From Pseudomonadota bacterium (GTDB lineage Archaea; Thermoplasmatota; SW-10-69-26; JACQPN01; JAJPHT01), in the NCBI GenBank assembly GCA_021325135.1, contig JAJPHT010000026.1, positions 32,001-96,000 on the forward strand: DNA of 64,000 bases, read 5' to 3'. Shown in pieces: positions 61,306 to 64,000 of the stretch. Below the pieces are notes generated by a model, which worked only from the letters and a program-made list of their open reading frames with translations, did no database searches and was not told the DNA's origin. Numbering within the stretch: the stretch's first letter is position 1; every line of letters begins with the position of its first letter. Position numbers and translations under genes: made by a program.

Positions 61306-61701
61306 ATGGCGATCGCCACCGCGACGACGGCCCAGAAGCCGATGACCCTCTTCCAGGAGTTCCGCGCCTTCCTCGACAAGTACGGCGTCGTGGGCCTGGC
61401 CATCGCATTCGTCATCGGCGCCGCGCTCACGACCCTGGTGAAGGCCGTCGTCAACGACGTGCTCATGCCCATCGTGGGCCTCGTGACGCCCGCGGGCGGC
61501 TGGGAGAAGGCCGTCCTCTACGTCCCGCCCCTCCCCGCCGGCGCCGACCCCAGCGCGCCCGGCTTCGTCGTGCCCGCGCACACGCTGGCCATCGCGTGGG
61601 GCGACCTCCTCTCCAACGCGATCAACTTCGTCATCATCGCGGCGTTCGTCTTCCTCGTGGCGAAGTACCTCCTGCGCCAGAGGGAAGTGGGGAAGATCTG
61701 A
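61306..61701 (+). CDS. mscL: Large-conductance mechanosensitive channel
   Basis: EFRAFL....VVGLAIAFVIGAA...LVKAVVNDVLMP; WGD.L..AINFVIIAAFVF. Confidence 0.88.
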   Translation: MAIATATTAQKPMTLFQEFRAFLDKYGVVGLAIAFVIGAALTTLVKAVVNDVLMPIVGLVTPAGGWEKAVLYVPPLPAGADPSAPGFVVPAHTLAIAWGDLLSNAINFVIIAAFVFLVAKYLLRQREVGKI

Positions 61702-61718
61702 GGCGGGGGCGCGGGGCC

Positions 61719-63140
61719 TCACACCTTCATCGTCTTCCACCTGCCCTGGCCGAAGCGCGCCGTCGTGACGGCCGCGCGCAGGTAGTATTCCACGAGGTAG
61801 CCCGCCCAGATGCCCGTCATGCCCATCCCCAGGTGGAGGCCGAGGTACCACGCGACGGGGAGGCGCACGAGCCAGAGGCCCGCGAAGCTCACCATGAGGG
61901 GCCAGCGCGTGTCGCCTGCGCCGCGCAGCGCGCCCGCGGCGGTGAAGTGGAACGCGATGGCGGGCATGGCGAAGACGAGGACGTGGATCCACGTGACGGA
62001 GAGGCGCAGCGCGTCGGGGTCCGAGGTGAAGAGGCCCGCCATCTGGGGCGCGAAGACGAACATGGGAATGCTTAGCGCCACCATGCACGCGAGGCCCATG
62101 ACGGTCGCGACCCAGCCGTTGGCCTCCGCCTCCTCGGGGCTGCCGCGGCCGAGGCCTTGGCCCACGAGGGCGGAGGCCGCGGCGGCGAAGCCGAAGCCCG
62201 GCATGAAGGCGAAGCTCTGCACGCGCAAACCGATCTGGTGCGCGGCGAGGGAGGCGGCGCCCAGGTGCACGATGAGGAGGAGGTACGCCAGGAAGCCGAC
62301 GTTAAGGAGGAGCTGCTCCAGGAACGCGGGGCCGCCCACGCGGACGACGCGGCGCGCCGTGTCGGGGAGGCGCAGGTCCCGCGTCGCGAGGCGCACCGGC
62401 CGCCGGCCGCGCAGGAGGAGGACGAGGAAGATCGCGCCGCCCACGGTGTAGGAGGCCGACGTCGCGACGGCGGCGCCCACGAGGCCCAGCGCGGGGAAGC
62501 CCCAGTGGCCGTAGATGAGGAGCCAGTCGAGGCCCAGGTTCACGACGTTGACGCCGATGCCGACGTAGAGGGCGGGCCGCGTGTCGCCCGCGCCCTGCAT
62601 GGCGCCCGTCGCGGTGGTCATGACCATGTAGCCCAGGATGCCCCACGCGAGGACGTGCAGCACAAGGCTGCCGTTGGCGACGATGCCCTCGATGTCCGCC
62701 CCCGTGGAGCCGAACGTCATGAGGCGCAGCAGCGGCGCGTCGAAGAAGTACGTCAGCGCCAGGAGCGGGACGCTCAGCGCGGCGGCCACGAGCACGGCCG
62801 AGGTCGCGCTACGGTCGCTCTCGGCCTGGTCGCCCGCGCCCACCGCGCGCGCCACGAGGGCGGTGGCGCCCGTCGCGAGGCCCGTGGCCAGCGTCATGCC
62901 CACCATGAAGAGCTGCGTCGCGAAGCCCATGGCGGCCTGCTTCACGACGCCCTGGGACGCGACCATCACGAGGTCCACCGTGAGGGCGAGGCTCTGGAGA
63001 AGGTTCGTGACGACCACGGGCCACGCGATGGCGAGGACCTTCTTCGACGTGGGCAGGTCGGGCCGGACGACGCGGCGCCAGACGGTGCCGAAGGTGGCCG
63101 CGGTCTGGCCCCCCACCGGCGCGCGGCCTGGCGTCGTCAC
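61719..63140 (-). CDS. MATE-family efflux transporter
   Basis: IAWP...NLLQ....VD..MV, GAGDTRP, N..LD.LLI.G.WGFPALG..GAA.AT, second half LRGAGDTR. Confidence 0.9.
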   Translation of the reverse strand: MTTPGRAPVGGQTAATFGTVWRRVVRPDLPTSKKVLAIAWPVVVTNLLQSLALTVDLVMVASQGVVKQAAMGFATQLFMVGMTLATGLATGATALVARAVGAGDQAESDRSATSAVLVAAALSVPLLALTYFFDAPLLRLMTFGSTGADIEGIVANGSLVLHVLAWGILGYMVMTTATGAMQGAGDTRPALYVGIGVNVVNLGLDWLLIYGHWGFPALGLVGAAVATSASYTVGGAIFLVLLLRGRRPVRLATRDLRLPDTARRVVRVGGPAFLEQLLLNVGFLAYLLLIVHLGAASLAAHQIGLRVQSFAFMPGFGFAAAASALVGQGLGRGSPEEAEANGWVATVMGLACMVALSIPMFVFAPQMAGLFTSDPDALRLSVTWIHVLVFAMPAIAFHFTAAGALRGAGDTRWPLMVSFAGLWLVRLPVAWYLGLHLGMGMTGIWAGYLVEYYLRAAVTTARFGQGRWKTMKV

Positions 63141-63198
63141 GCGCGGGCCATCCGGCTCTCCCCTTTAAGAGTCACGCGAACCCGCCGGTGTGCCTGGC

Positions 63199-63945
63199 CT
63201 AGCCAAGGGCGCGGAGGCGGGCCGCAATAAAGTCCATCGTCTCGCGCAGGTTCCGCGCGGGGTCGAACGCCTTGGCGACGCGCTCGCACGCGGCGCGGTC
63301 CCCGCGGAGCGCCTCGACCTCGCGCGTGATGGCCGGCACGGCGCGGCGCACGTTGTCGGTGACGCTCACGCTGGCGGACTTCGCGGTGCGGCTGAGCGGG
63401 TTGAGGTCCACGACGACGACGGTCTTCCCCATGTCGCGCAGCGCCTGGCAGCGGTCGCCGTCCTCCAGGGGCACGAGCACGACGTCCGCGCTGAAGATGC
63501 CCTCCACGGTGCTGCGGCCGCGCTCGTGGTCGAGGCCGGGGATGGTGGGCTGCGCGCCTTCGCCCAGCACGCGCTCACAGCCGTGCGCCTCCAGGAAGGC
63601 CGCGAGCCTGCGCACGCGCTCCTCGGTGCGGTGGAAGAGGTTGACCTCCACCTTGCAGCGCAGCGCCTTCTGGAGCGCGGCCAGCTCGTCGGGGACGAGC
63701 ACGGCGGTATTGCCGTTGACGGAGAGCACCGGGTTGCGGGCGAGGAGAAGGTGCGCCGCGGCGGCGCGCTCGGCCTCGGCGGCGGGGGGGATGGTCCCCT
63801 CGCCCAGGAGGTAGTCGAACGCCTCGCCGCGGCCGTGGGCGATGAGCCCCTGCATGGAGACGAGGCCGCTGCGCACGCCCTCCTCGACGCGCGCCCGCGT
63901 CATGAGCGACTCGTAGCGCGGGTGCGAGCGGGGGACGTCCGTCAC
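63199..63945 (-). CDS. Phosphopantothenate synthetase (4-phosphopantoate-beta-alanine ligase, archaeal CoA pathway)
   Basis: HPRYESL..R, GLIAHGRGEAFDYLLGE, SVNGN, EVNLFHR, VPLEDGDR, DLNPLSRT. Confidence 0.93.
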   Translation of the reverse strand: MTDVPRSHPRYESLMTRARVEEGVRSGLVSMQGLIAHGRGEAFDYLLGEGTIPPAAEAERAAAAHLLLARNPVLSVNGNTAVLVPDELAALQKALRCKVEVNLFHRTEERVRRLAAFLEAHGCERVLGEGAQPTIPGLDHERGRSTVEGIFSADVVLVPLEDGDRCQALRDMGKTVVVVDLNPLSRTAKSASVSVTDNVRRAVPAITREVEALRGDRAACERVAKAFDPARNLRETMDFIAARLRALG

Positions 63946-64000
63946 GCCGCGGCCATCGGGCGCGCGGCGGATGGAGCTTTCGCCGCGCCCTCACGAGGCG

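Overview
A high-GC (roughly 70%+ by eye) archaeal chromosomal segment. Archaeal markers include AglB, GGGP and DGGGP synthases, uL16/L10e, archaeal-type ProRS, phosphopantothenate synthetase, MptE, TrmI, DUF2070 and TATA-like boxes about 30 nt upstream of many starts. The proteins are not acidic, so Halobacteria are unlikely and a high-GC Thermoplasmatota lineage is my best inference. The window holds about 70 CDS and one intron-less tRNA-Met(CAT). It has many secreted Cys-rich proteins and several bacterial-like genes (RecQ, Mn-type SOD, MscL, DUF72 x2, a PlsC-like acyltransferase). I found no CRISPR array, integrase or transposase. The main unexplained signals are: (1) a ~620-nt non-coding segment at 35529-36148, after proS, with its own TATA-like box, a ~22-bp stem joining its two ends, a dozen internal helices and a T-tract, and no RNase P, SRP or tmRNA core motifs, making it a candidate novel large structured ncRNA; (2) three paralogous ~60-aa secreted 4-Cys peptides immediately downstream of a membrane-anchored extracellular-domain/tandem-wHTH regulator, a candidate archaeal peptide signalling or defence module; (3) a dispersed REPIN/MITE-like palindromic element (3 copies, one supplying the ppsA stop codon); (4) 8-bp-periodic arrays upstream of exported-protein genes; (5) probable ATC/ATA start codons, a receiver-roadblock fusion beside the ether-lipid genes, a TPR-RecQ fusion and a frameshifted FKBP. 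All calls are by motif recognition only; no searches or folding programs were run.
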